Below are positions 55,460-64,000 of a stretch of 64,000 bases of DNA, one piece after another. The DNA lies in the NCBI GenBank assembly GCA_903832055.1, contig CAILAC010000012.1:84991-148990 (forward strand). Reading direction: 5' to 3'. Made by a program: the position numbers and the translations under genes. The stretch comes from an uncultured Acidobacteriota bacterium (GTDB taxonomy: Bacteria > Acidobacteriota > Terriglobia > Terriglobales > Acidobacteriaceae). Below the pieces are notes generated by a model that saw only the letters and a list, made by a program, of their open reading frames with translations, was not told where the DNA came from and searched no databases. Positions within the stretch are counted from its first letter, which is position 1. Every line of letters starts with the position of its first letter.

Positions 55460-56551
55460 TCAGTTGATGCTCGATGCCGCAGCATTGGTGGTCATCGGCG
55501 CATGTTCAAGCGCACTTTTTGGAACTGCTGAGTCTGCCTCGGGTTGAATCCATTCGAGCAGACGGCTACCGTTGGCGGCTACGGCTTGAAACTCCGCAGG
55601 AGTTGCATAAGTAGCGACGGCCGCGCCGTGCGGCATTGCATTTTCAATTTTGAGCCTGGCTGGACTGGGAGTGTCTTGATCGTACAACACGTCCTGAAGG
55701 TGGACGCTGGCAGGGTTGAGCTTGGGCAGAAAGTCGACCGGATCGAGATGTGCCACGCTTTCAATAAAAGCCTTGGTGTTGAGACGGGGGCGTTCTTCGT
55801 CGAGAATCAGCTTGGAATCGGCGAGCCAGTGAGGCCAGTCTCCCCAGGGATCCATCAGTTCGATGCGCTTGAGCCGTGGCTCAACGCTCGCAGTGAGAAT
55901 GGCAATGGAGCCACCCGAACCCTGGCCGAACATCCCAACGCGGGAAGTATCGAGGTCTTTGCGGGTTTCAAGATACTTGAGGATCATCTGTACGTCGTGT
56001 ACTGACGTCACGAGCGCTTCAGGGAGATCACTGACAAACCATTCGTCGAGGCCACGGCCATGAAATCGCTCTCCGGTAAGGGCTGAGACGAAACCGACGG
56101 CCGCATAGCCGCGGCTGGTGACGAGTTTGCAGAATTCGTCGTTGCGAAAGCGGTCAGTGTCGGTGGGGAATCCGTAGAGGAAGATGGTCACGGGTGGCCG
56201 TGCGACATGGAGCGGGCGAATCACGTAGACGTCAATGGGGTCACTGGAGCGCCAGTTCATGCGGAAGAATTCACGGGTGAAATTGGGATTTTCGTCGCGT
56301 TGGACGAGAAATGGCTCGGTCGCAGTGAGGGGCTTCCCGGCAAGGCTGAGGGTGGTCAAATCTTCGTTGGAAGGCTGTGCCACCGGAAGTTCAACAGCGG
56401 CAAGGGCACTTGAAATCGGCTGGGGCGCTGCGGCCTGGGGCACGGCATGAGAGACAAGCGCGGCAGAGATCAGGATCGAGGAGGCCGTTACTTTTCCAAG
56501 GGCAGCCCGGATGTTGAAGCAGTTTGGGCTGAGTTGTGGGAACTTGCGCAT
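55460..56551 (-). CDS. secreted alpha/beta hydrolase
   Basis: Signal-like N-terminus. Nucleophile elbow MFGQGSGGS (G-x-S-x-G). Preceding VTIFLYGFP strand. Confidence 0.75.
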   Translation of the reverse strand: MRKFPQLSPNCFNIRAALGKVTASSILISAALVSHAVPQAAAPQPISSALAAVELPVAQPSNEDLTTLSLAGKPLTATEPFLVQRDENPNFTREFFRMNWRSSDPIDVYVIRPLHVARPPVTIFLYGFPTDTDRFRNDEFCKLVTSRGYAAVGFVSALTGERFHGRGLDEWFVSDLPEALVTSVHDVQMILKYLETRKDLDTSRVGMFGQGSGGSIAILTASVEPRLKRIELMDPWGDWPHWLADSKLILDEERPRLNTKAFIESVAHLDPVDFLPKLNPASVHLQDVLYDQDTPSPARLKIENAMPHGAAVATYATPAEFQAVAANGSRLLEWIQPEADSAVPKSALEHAPMTTNAAASSIN

Positions 56552-56670
56552 GAATTGATGCCTTAGTTATCGATTGCTGAATGATTAGACATGAGTGGGC
56601 CAGGACCGAAGTCCTGACCCGCCCAGTGTTGCGAATGCGTTTCGGGGGACAGGAATCGCCCCCGAAAGTT

Positions 56671-58446
56671 TTACTGGTAATCCTTGCTGTTGAGGGTGCC
56701 AGCGGTCGCCGGGTTGGGCTTGAGGTAGATGTTGCCACCTACGTCGCCGCCTGCTTCAGTGGAGCCAGCGAGCAGACCGTTGTTGGGGGTGACACCGACG
56801 CGGGTGTAGTGCGAGCGGTAGTAGAGCAGGCCGGGATCGCCGTCCAATGTCGGAGCCATCGGGACGTAATCAGGAATCGAGGAGTTGACGTGATTCTGAG
56901 TGGCGGTTACGAGGGCTGCGGTGTTGGTGTAATTGGCGGTTCCCGTGGCATCGGTGACGACGCGAAGGATGCCCCAGGCCTGGTACTTGCCGTTGCGGAG
57001 GTTGGGGAAGGAGGTTCCCGGAGCCTTGGGGCAACCAGCAGCCGAGCAGGCGGGGAACTGACCATTGGTGTAGGTGGCGTTGATCGGGTCAGTGCTGTGC
57101 CAGGTCAGGTAGCCGTAGAGGGGGTTGTTGGCAATGGCAGAGAAGTTGCCGTAGCCGAAGAAGTTGTAGCCGACTGCGTCGGTCACGAATTCAACGAGCT
57201 TGGTTTCGTCGCCGGTGCCGACAGCGCGCGAACGATCGCCGATGCCGTTGGCGCAGGTCTTGCCGCCGGTGCCGCCTGAGCTGTTGGAGAGCGGAGTGTA
57301 GGGGGTGTAAGGAGTAAGCTTGGCACCCGTGTTGGACCACGCTCCGAGCTTGAATTCGGTGGCGGCGGTAATGCCGGTTTCCTGCGAAGCTGCGTTGACG
57401 TATCCCTTGTTGAGGTTGGCGGTGAACTCTTCGGTGGTCATGGTGCCAGAGAGGGGCTCACGCAACATCACGTGGAGAGGAATGGTGGTGCCGGGGATGG
57501 CGCAGTTGACGCCGCTGAAGATCTGCTGCTGAATCTGGCCAGGCAGATCCTTGTACTTCGGCAGACCGCCCTGAGCGAGGGTCTTGCCGGCGGTGGCGGA
57601 AGCGCCCGCGCCGTTGGGGTTCTGACGGTTGACAAAGAAGACGATCGGAGCAGCGCCCACCGGGATGGTGACGGAAGCCGGAACGGTCTGGTTGGTGAAG
57701 GGATCCTTGCCGCCGGAGAGCGCGAAAGCAACCGGCTGAGCCGAACCGCTGACGGAGCTGACGATGTTGGTGCCGACGAGGGTGTTTGGTCCGGTGCCGT
57801 AGCCGAGGCCAAAAGCCTTGGTGGTGTCGACCAGAGCCGCGCCCTGGGTGCTGACAACGCGCTGCTGCTCGAACTCTGCATCTTCAGGACGGATGTCGGT
57901 CATCGCAGCGGTGAAGTTGGAACCCTGAAGAGCGGCGAAGATGTCGCTGGGCAGGGAGGTCTGATCGGTGGTGCCGAGGATGGCGGAGCTGATCAGGTTG
58001 GTGTTGCCGGCACTGGCCTTGACGCCGCAGCTGGTCAGATACGCGGTGGTGTTGTAGCAGGTATCGAGCAACAGGGTGGCGCGGGGAACGGCGAAGAACA
58101 AGCGATCGCCGACGATCGAATCGACCGAGAGACCAGCCCAGACCTTGGAGTGATCGTTGGTCCAGATGACCCAGAGGCTGCCCGACTGGAGGGAGATACT
58201 GCTGGAGCGGGTGTCGTTGCCGTCAGCGCAATCTGCGAGGCAGGTGCCCTTGACGGTAAAGTGCGACGCGCCGGGGGTGGCGCTGGTGTCGAGGCTGACG
58301 GCGAGATTGTACGCGCCAATGCCGAAGGACTGCCACTGGGCAGAAGATCCGGCACCTACCCACTGCACAACCGGTGTGGTCGCACAAGCGAACGCGGGCA
58401 GAACTGCGAGGACTGCTGCCGCGATGAGATTCTTGAAACGCATCAT
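56671..58446 (-). CDS. secreted protein with a divergent PstS/PBP-like scaffold and large insertions
   Basis: Signal peptide MMRFKNLIAAAVLAVLPAFA. WVGAGSSAQ, MTDIRPEDA and LREPLSGT resemble anion-binding PBP (PstS-type) segments. The function is unknown. Confidence 0.7.
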   Translation of the reverse strand: MMRFKNLIAAAVLAVLPAFACATTPVVQWVGAGSSAQWQSFGIGAYNLAVSLDTSATPGASHFTVKGTCLADCADGNDTRSSSISLQSGSLWVIWTNDHSKVWAGLSVDSIVGDRLFFAVPRATLLLDTCYNTTAYLTSCGVKASAGNTNLISSAILGTTDQTSLPSDIFAALQGSNFTAAMTDIRPEDAEFEQQRVVSTQGAALVDTTKAFGLGYGTGPNTLVGTNIVSSVSGSAQPVAFALSGGKDPFTNQTVPASVTIPVGAAPIVFFVNRQNPNGAGASATAGKTLAQGGLPKYKDLPGQIQQQIFSGVNCAIPGTTIPLHVMLREPLSGTMTTEEFTANLNKGYVNAASQETGITAATEFKLGAWSNTGAKLTPYTPYTPLSNSSGGTGGKTCANGIGDRSRAVGTGDETKLVEFVTDAVGYNFFGYGNFSAIANNPLYGYLTWHSTDPINATYTNGQFPACSAAGCPKAPGTSFPNLRNGKYQAWGILRVVTDATGTANYTNTAALVTATQNHVNSSIPDYVPMAPTLDGDPGLLYYRSHYTRVGVTPNNGLLAGSTEAGGDVGGNIYLKPNPATAGTLNSKDYQ

Positions 58447-59168
58447 GAATGTTGCTCCTGAATCGAAAAATTGGTGAGGCGTACGCTACCGCACAAACTT
58501 GTGTTGTGCAGGCATCCAGCTTTTCGTTGGCTGCCCGCCGTCGGACTGAACTGATGGCGCTGATATTTGTTTGATCCGCGCTTGGAAAGTCGGTAGAACT
58601 TCAAAAGTGTTCGGTATGGTGCTGTCGTGGTTCCCAGCGACTGGACCGAGCTCGATTGGGGATGCGAAAAAAGGCACAGTTTGGGTATACGGCCTCGTGG
58701 GGGTAGTATGGCCGCCGAAGTCGTAAGTTCAGGGCTGTTGCTGTTAGTTCTCTCTTACTAGCTTCCTTGTCCCTGGACCATTGCTTCCTATGTGAACTTG
58801 GTTTGAGTACCCGTGATGAATCATCTCCGAAGATTTTTAACAAGGGATTACAAATGGATGAATAAATCCGGTGTGTTGGAGTACTTTTGCAGCGCATCTG
58901 CGTTGAGTTGTACGCATAAATTTACTTAGTTTAATATTCGATGAATCCTCACGGAGGCAGTGGGGATTCAGGGCTATATCTGGGCTAATCTAAGGTTCGC
59001 TCCCCCCACTTTGAATGACGGTCTGGGCAGGGGGCTACGCTGACGGCTCTCGTCAGAACGGTTCACATCTGGACTGCCGTTCCCCATCAACCTTGGCGGA
59101 ATACGAGGGCGTTCCCAGAGGAATCTGGACCCGCCCGCTGCCACGAAAACGACACCAGGAATTCAATT

Positions 59169-62100
59169 ATGCTTCGATTTCGCTTGGGGGTGATTGTCGC
59201 CCTCCTCATGCTCTCCGCCGCTGTGTGCGTACAGGCGCAGAATGCTCGCATTTCCGGGACGGTTACCGATTCATCTGGCGGCGCGCTGCCCGGTACAGAC
59301 GTGAAAGCGGTCAACACCGAGTCCAAGGCGGAGGTCATTGTCACGACGGATGCCGCAGGCGTCTTTACCGTGGCTTTCCTGCCTGCAGGCCGGTACACCC
59401 TCCATGTCGAAGCGCCGGGGTTTTCGCCGTATGTCAGCCCGGAACTGAAGGTCGATGTGGGCCAGGGCGCGACCTTTAATGTCACGCTTCAGGTGGAGTC
59501 TGCGGCAACCAATGTCGAGGTGACTGCGGGCGGCGGAGCGGCTGAGGTCGAGACTACGTCCTCTGAAATCACCGGCACCATTACCGGCAAGGAAGTGACC
59601 AGTCTGCAGCTGAATGGTCGCAACTTTACGCAATTGATCGCGCTGGTGCCCGGCGTCAGCAATCAGAGCGGGCAGGATGAAGCCAAGGTGGGCGTCAGCG
59701 GCAGCGTTAAGTACAGCGTCAACGGTGGCCGCACGGAGTACAACAGCTATCTGGTCGATGGATCGGACGTGCTGAATACCGGCATCAATTCTGATGCAAG
59801 CACACTGGTTGTATTCCCTTCAATTGATGCGATTCAGGAAATCAAGGTACTTACGTCGAACTACGGAGCGCAGTTTGGCGGAACCGCTTCCGGCATCACG
59901 GTTGTGACCACCAAGTCTGGTACAGACGCCTTCCACGGCAACGCTTATGAGTTTCTTCGCAATGAAATCTTCAATGCGCGCAATTATTTTGATCAGCCGG
60001 GGCGAACCCCTCTCTATCGTCGTCAGGATTTTGGCCTGACCTTTGGCGGGGCCCTGGACTTCAGCAATCTGGTGCATCCGAAGGCTGGCAGCAAGACGCA
60101 TTTCTTCTTTTCTGAGGAAGTCCGTGTCGAGAAATCCCCAACGCCATCGTCTTCCTACCGCCATCCTGTGCCGTCTGACCAGGAGCGTTCCGGCAATTTT
60201 GCGGATGTATGCCCGCTGGACGGATCCAACTTTACCCGCAACAAGACCTCCACTTCAGGCTTTCCGGATTGCCCTGGCCTGCTGGATGGCGGCAAATATC
60301 GCCACCTCGGAGATTTCAACGCCAGCGATGGCACCTATACGATGGGCCAACTGGACCGCGTGGGGCAGGGCTTGCTCGCAACGAATATGATTCCGCATGC
60401 CAACGCCCCCACCGGTTGCAACAACACGGTGACGGCGAACCTGGCAGATCGCTCGTCATGGCCATGCTTCAACTACACGCTTTCACCGCCCACCAACTGG
60501 CGCGAGGAGCTGTTCCGGATCGACCGGCAGGTGAATGACAAAGTCCAGGTGAACTTCCGCTACATTCACGACGCATGGGATACGCAGGTGCAGACGCCGC
60601 AATGGGGCAAGGTGATCAACAGCTTTCCGACCGTGGAAAACAAGTTCACCGGCCCTGGCCTGAACATGATTCTGCGCACGACGGCAGCAATCACACCGAC
60701 ATTGCTGAATGAATTTGTCATCAGCTATACGAACTCGACAATTAACCTGACTGACTTTGCCGGTCCGGGTGCGACTCTTTCGCGGCCCACGGGCCTCGAT
60801 GCTCCCTGCGCCTACGCTGACCCTGACCACAACAGGTACATCCAGTGCCCGATCGGGGCGATTTTCCCTGGCGTCTCCGGGTCGAAAGTGCCCGGTATCG
60901 TGATTGGCGGCAGCAACGCGGAGTACGGCGGCGCCGGTTTTGCAGTCGATGAAGGCTACATGCCCTGGGAGCACTCCAACCCTGTCTATATGGTTGGTGA
61001 TAACGTGACCAAGGTGCTTGGCCCACACAGCATTCAGTTGGGCGTGCAGGCGAGCCTCTTCCAGCGTAACCAGAGCAATGGCGCAATCGGCGCGGCGACT
61101 GGCGACACGCAGGGAATTCTGACCTTCAACAGCCAGAGATCCTTTCACACCACGGGTAACTCCTTTGCCGACATGCTTTACTATGCCGGCAATGGATCGA
61201 CGAACATCACTTACAACAATGCAGTCGCGAGCTTTGAGCAGGACAGCGCCCGGGGACGCTACCGCCAGCGATATTACTCAGTGGAACCCTACCTGCAGGA
61301 TGACTGGGCAGTTACACGCCGCTTCACGATCAACGCGGGCGTTCGCGTAAGCCTGTTCAGTATCTTCCGTGAATCGAACAAGCAGGCTTATAACTGGGTG
61401 CCCTCGGCCTTTAATCGCTCGCTGGCTTCTTCTGCCCGGGTTGACTCTTATACGGGGCAATTACTGGATACGCCAACGGGAAATCCTATCGGAATCAATC
61501 TCGCCAGCCCTGATGCGCGCATCACAAATGGTCTCGTTCGTTGCGGTGTGAACGGTGTTCCCGATGGCTGCATGACGAACGATAACTATGCCAATCCTGC
61601 CCCCCGCGTCGGCTTTGCATGGGATACGTTTGGCAACGGCAAAACCAGCATTCGAGGCGGTTACGGCATCTTCTTTGAACACGGCACGGCGCAGGAAGCC
61701 AACACCGGTTCGCTTGAGGGTGGAGCACCAATGGTGCTGAACATGATTGCCAACAACCCCTACAACTACAACTGCATCGGCGGCTTCGGCGCTCCTGATG
61801 GTCTGGCTGTGCCGGGATGCCAGCCGGGCGCGTATCCGATCAACATCACTTCGATTCCGACCAAAGCGGTCTGGTCAAACGCGCAGCAGTGGAGCTTCAG
61901 CTGGCAGCAGGATCTGGCGCACAACATTGTCGGCACGTTTGCCTATGTGGGCAGCAAGGGTACTCACCTGAGCGTGCAAAAGCAGATCAACCAGTTGAAG
62001 CCGGTTCCGGATGGATTGAATCCCTACGGTCCGCATCAGCCGCTCATTCCAGGCATTTCAGCGGCAGGCGGCAACTTTCTGGGAGATTGCGCGAGTTTCT

Positions 62101-63194
62101 CGGGTTACTCATTCCCAATCGGCATTGCAACAGGGTTTGGCAGGACGTCGCCTATCACCGTCGAGCAGCCGGCCGCAGTCAACATGAAAGCTGCCTGCTA
62201 CGGTCAGCCTGGTACATCCCAGGGCGCATTTCCTGACCCCAACGTGCTGCGCCAGGTGGCTCCCGGATTCGGCAAGATCATCTCGCTTGAGAATGTTGGC
62301 GACTCTTCGTATCACGCCTTCCAGACAGCTCTGCGGCGCACCTCGGCCAACCTGACCCTGGGCGTGACGTATACCTGGAGCCATTCAATTGACGACGCTT
62401 CTGACCGTTCAGACACAACGTTTGTGAACTCGTTTGATCTTCGCTCAAACAAGGCGAGTTCAAACTTTGATCAGCGCCATCTGCTGAATATCAGCTACGT
62501 CTACCCGGTCTCATTCTTCAAATCAATCCAACAGATCTTTGACTGGATTCCGAAGGATCCGACGAAGAACTGGGAGGCGGCAAAGCCGGGCCTGCAGCTC
62601 GGCGATCTGGGGCACGTTCTGCTGGATCACTGGGAGATTTCGGGCATCACGGTATTCCAGAGCGGCACTCCCTTCAGCCTGATCAACAACGGCAGCCCTA
62701 CGGGTGTTTCGTCGCCTGACAATGCCGGCGTGGCCAATGGCGCTGGCTCGGGTTCCTTTCCTGACAGAATCACCAGCGTGCACCATGCGCCGCCGGCAGG
62801 GTCTGACAATGCCAAAAGCTTTGGCCCAATCCTGCTGAATCCGGCTGCCTTCGTGGCCCCCCGGGGACTCACGTTTGGCGACGCCGGACGCAATTCACTC
62901 AACAATCCTCACCGGACCAATGTTGACGTCACCTTGCTCAAGCACTGGGTGCCCAGGGAGGGAACTGAGCTCGAATTCCGCGCTGAGGCCTTCAACGTCT
63001 TCAATCACACCCAGTTCCGGATCTTTGACCCCGTTCTGGGCAATCAGGCGCAAAACACGGTGAGCTGCTATGGCAGTGAATCTGAAAACTTCTCGGCCGG
63101 CGCAGCCAGCTGCCTCTCTGGCAGCGGTCTCCTTCATCCAGTGGATGCACACCGTCCGCGCACCATTCAATTTGGCCTGAAATATGCCTTCTAA
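59169..63194 (+). CDS. TonB-dependent receptor with an N-terminal CarboxypepD_reg domain (1341 aa)
   Basis: Signal peptide. ISGTVTDSSGGALPGTDVKAVN...GRYTLHVEAPGF (CarboxypepD_reg). Plug region with LQLNGRNFTQL. Long beta-barrel ending ...IQFGLKYAF. Confidence 0.9.
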   Translation: MLRFRLGVIVALLMLSAAVCVQAQNARISGTVTDSSGGALPGTDVKAVNTESKAEVIVTTDAAGVFTVAFLPAGRYTLHVEAPGFSPYVSPELKVDVGQGATFNVTLQVESAATNVEVTAGGGAAEVETTSSEITGTITGKEVTSLQLNGRNFTQLIALVPGVSNQSGQDEAKVGVSGSVKYSVNGGRTEYNSYLVDGSDVLNTGINSDASTLVVFPSIDAIQEIKVLTSNYGAQFGGTASGITVVTTKSGTDAFHGNAYEFLRNEIFNARNYFDQPGRTPLYRRQDFGLTFGGALDFSNLVHPKAGSKTHFFFSEEVRVEKSPTPSSSYRHPVPSDQERSGNFADVCPLDGSNFTRNKTSTSGFPDCPGLLDGGKYRHLGDFNASDGTYTMGQLDRVGQGLLATNMIPHANAPTGCNNTVTANLADRSSWPCFNYTLSPPTNWREELFRIDRQVNDKVQVNFRYIHDAWDTQVQTPQWGKVINSFPTVENKFTGPGLNMILRTTAAITPTLLNEFVISYTNSTINLTDFAGPGATLSRPTGLDAPCAYADPDHNRYIQCPIGAIFPGVSGSKVPGIVIGGSNAEYGGAGFAVDEGYMPWEHSNPVYMVGDNVTKVLGPHSIQLGVQASLFQRNQSNGAIGAATGDTQGILTFNSQRSFHTTGNSFADMLYYAGNGSTNITYNNAVASFEQDSARGRYRQRYYSVEPYLQDDWAVTRRFTINAGVRVSLFSIFRESNKQAYNWVPSAFNRSLASSARVDSYTGQLLDTPTGNPIGINLASPDARITNGLVRCGVNGVPDGCMTNDNYANPAPRVGFAWDTFGNGKTSIRGGYGIFFEHGTAQEANTGSLEGGAPMVLNMIANNPYNYNCIGGFGAPDGLAVPGCQPGAYPINITSIPTKAVWSNAQQWSFSWQQDLAHNIVGTFAYVGSKGTHLSVQKQINQLKPVPDGLNPYGPHQPLIPGISAAGGNFLGDCASFSGYSFPIGIATGFGRTSPITVEQPAAVNMKAACYGQPGTSQGAFPDPNVLRQVAPGFGKIISLENVGDSSYHAFQTALRRTSANLTLGVTYTWSHSIDDASDRSDTTFVNSFDLRSNKASSNFDQRHLLNISYVYPVSFFKSIQQIFDWIPKDPTKNWEAAKPGLQLGDLGHVLLDHWEISGITVFQSGTPFSLINNGSPTGVSSPDNAGVANGAGSGSFPDRITSVHHAPPAGSDNAKSFGPILLNPAAFVAPRGLTFGDAGRNSLNNPHRTNVDVTLLKHWVPREGTELEFRAEAFNVFNHTQFRIFDPVLGNQAQNTVSCYGSESENFSAGAASCLSGSGLLHPVDAHRPRTIQFGLKYAF

Positions 63195-63222
63195 GCACCC
63201 TGCATTTATGGAGCAAACACAC

Positions 63223-64000
63223 ATGTCTAAATATTCTGCTCTCGCACTGGTCCCAGCGGCGTTCATGATGACGCTGCTGGTGACCGGTTGCAGTTCATCT
63301 AAAGTCGCGACTACTCCGGTCATTCCGGGCAAACCTGTGCCGAGTGTTGTGAACAGCTATACGGGCACACAAAACGTAAGCGACGTTGGCGGAGTGAGCC
63401 TGGGCGGCGTCTGGGGCCTCACGTTAAATTCGCAGCTGAATCAGTTTTCATCGGAAGACTACTCCAACATCCCCAGCCTGAATTTTGGCGCACCCATTAC
63501 GGGGACGACGCAGACCACAGGAGCATTTGTGACGGTTGTACCGGGGGATGCGGGCGGCGCACTCAGCAATGGATTGGCTGTGAGCATTCCGGGCGAGGCT
63601 GCGATGCTGCGTCCCGGCACCAACGGTGAAGCGCCAGTGCTGATGGCGGGGCAGACCAGTTGCCTGGGAGTCAAGTCTGCTACCCCATTCTCGTTCGTCT
63701 CACTGCCGAACCTGACCTGGCAGCCCGACAAGAACGCAGCTTACGGTTCAGTCATTGCGCACTCTATCGGGTCATCCTGGACCTTTGCTGGAACGCAGCA
63801 ACACCTTTTGAACGGCACATCGGCACCCAACCTGACTATTCCGCAAGGCACTTGCTTGCAGGCGCAAGAGGGTTATGTGATTTCGGTTCCCTCCACGGGA
63901 GCCACCGGCGGAGCAACATGGACCTTTGCCATGGGACCCACGGGCTACTTTGCAGGCGACCTGGGAAGCGGCAACCCGAGCAAGCCGGGGCCTTCCGGAC
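63223..64000 (+). CDS. lipoprotein of unknown function, 3'-truncated by the window edge (not in the ORF track)
   Basis: ATG 63223 (or 63208). MSKYSALALVPAAFMMTLLVTGCSS has a lipobox. The frame stays open to nt 64000. It lies 28 nt downstream of the TonB-dependent receptor. Confidence 0.7.
   Translation, partial: MSKYSALALVPAAFMMTLLVTGCSSSKVATTPVIPGKPVPSVVNSYTGTQNVSDVGGVSLGGVWGLTLNSQLNQFSSEDYSNIPSLNFGAPITGTTQTTGAFVTVVPGDAGGALSNGLAVSIPGEAAMLRPGTNGEAPVLMAGQTSCLGVKSATPFSFVSLPNLTWQPDKNAAYGSVIAHSIGSSWTFAGTQQHLLNGTSAPNLTIPQGTCLQAQEGYVISVPSTGATGGATWTFAMGPTGYFAGDLGSGNPSKPGPSG

Noticed and set aside
58990-59168. A possible cobalamin riboswitch ahead of the TonB-dependent receptor (segments such as GGACCCGCCCGCTGCCAC and GGGGGCTACGCTGAC)
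   Set aside because: These are only loose resemblances to the B12-box / CCCGCCACTG core. I could not assemble the conserved helices by eye. A covariance-model scan is needed before any claim.

Overview
This is a 64-kb chromosomal window with high GC (roughly 58-60% by eye). It is probably from an Acidobacteriota (Terriglobia-like) genome; that is an inference from the CarboxypepD_reg-type TonB receptor, the gene content and the REP-like repeats. I can support about 55 protein genes, one tRNA-Phe(GAA), two families of REP-like palindromic repeats, a RAYT-type HUH transposase and a few terminator or hairpin structures. Most genes are ordinary housekeeping or metabolic genes: thrS, typA, uvrD/pcrA, cysK-cysE, galK, add, glgP, cspA, amidases, glycosyltransferases and transporters. 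The stand-out is a tightly packed nine-gene minus-strand operon (34017 -> 23593). It encodes a signal peptide + single CXXCH + beta-barrel protein (Cyc2-like fused cytochrome-porin architecture), an amicyanin-type cupredoxin and a cytoplasmic GltD-like FAD/FeS NAD(P)H-type oxidoreductase. It also encodes a Tat-Rieske protein, a split b6-type cytochrome b, an octahaem cytochrome c, an Ig-domain monohaem lipoprotein and an unknown secreted protein. Together these part-types would connect the outer membrane, the quinone pool and NAD(P)(H). I read it as a candidate extracellular-electron (for example Fe(II)) oxidation / reverse-electron-flow module, or its reverse, and I do not recognise it as a characterised complex. 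Secondary points of interest are listed here. (1) A REPtron-like unit: a RAYT gene followed by a 38-bp tandem duplication and an inverted REP pair with compensatory stem substitutions. (2) A second 39-nt REP class bracketing uvrD. (3) An unusually decorated UvrD/PcrA with 15-bp in-frame tandem repeats. (4) An APC permease that appears to need a non-AUG/GUG/UUG start. (5) Several unannotated small ORFs. (6) A strong hairpin between cysK and cysE. (7) A 722-bp AT-rich divergent intergenic region in front of a giant TonB-dependent receptor. No CRISPR array, integrase, prophage or recognisable defence system was seen. All calls rest on reading the sequence and motifs by eye; no database search was possible.
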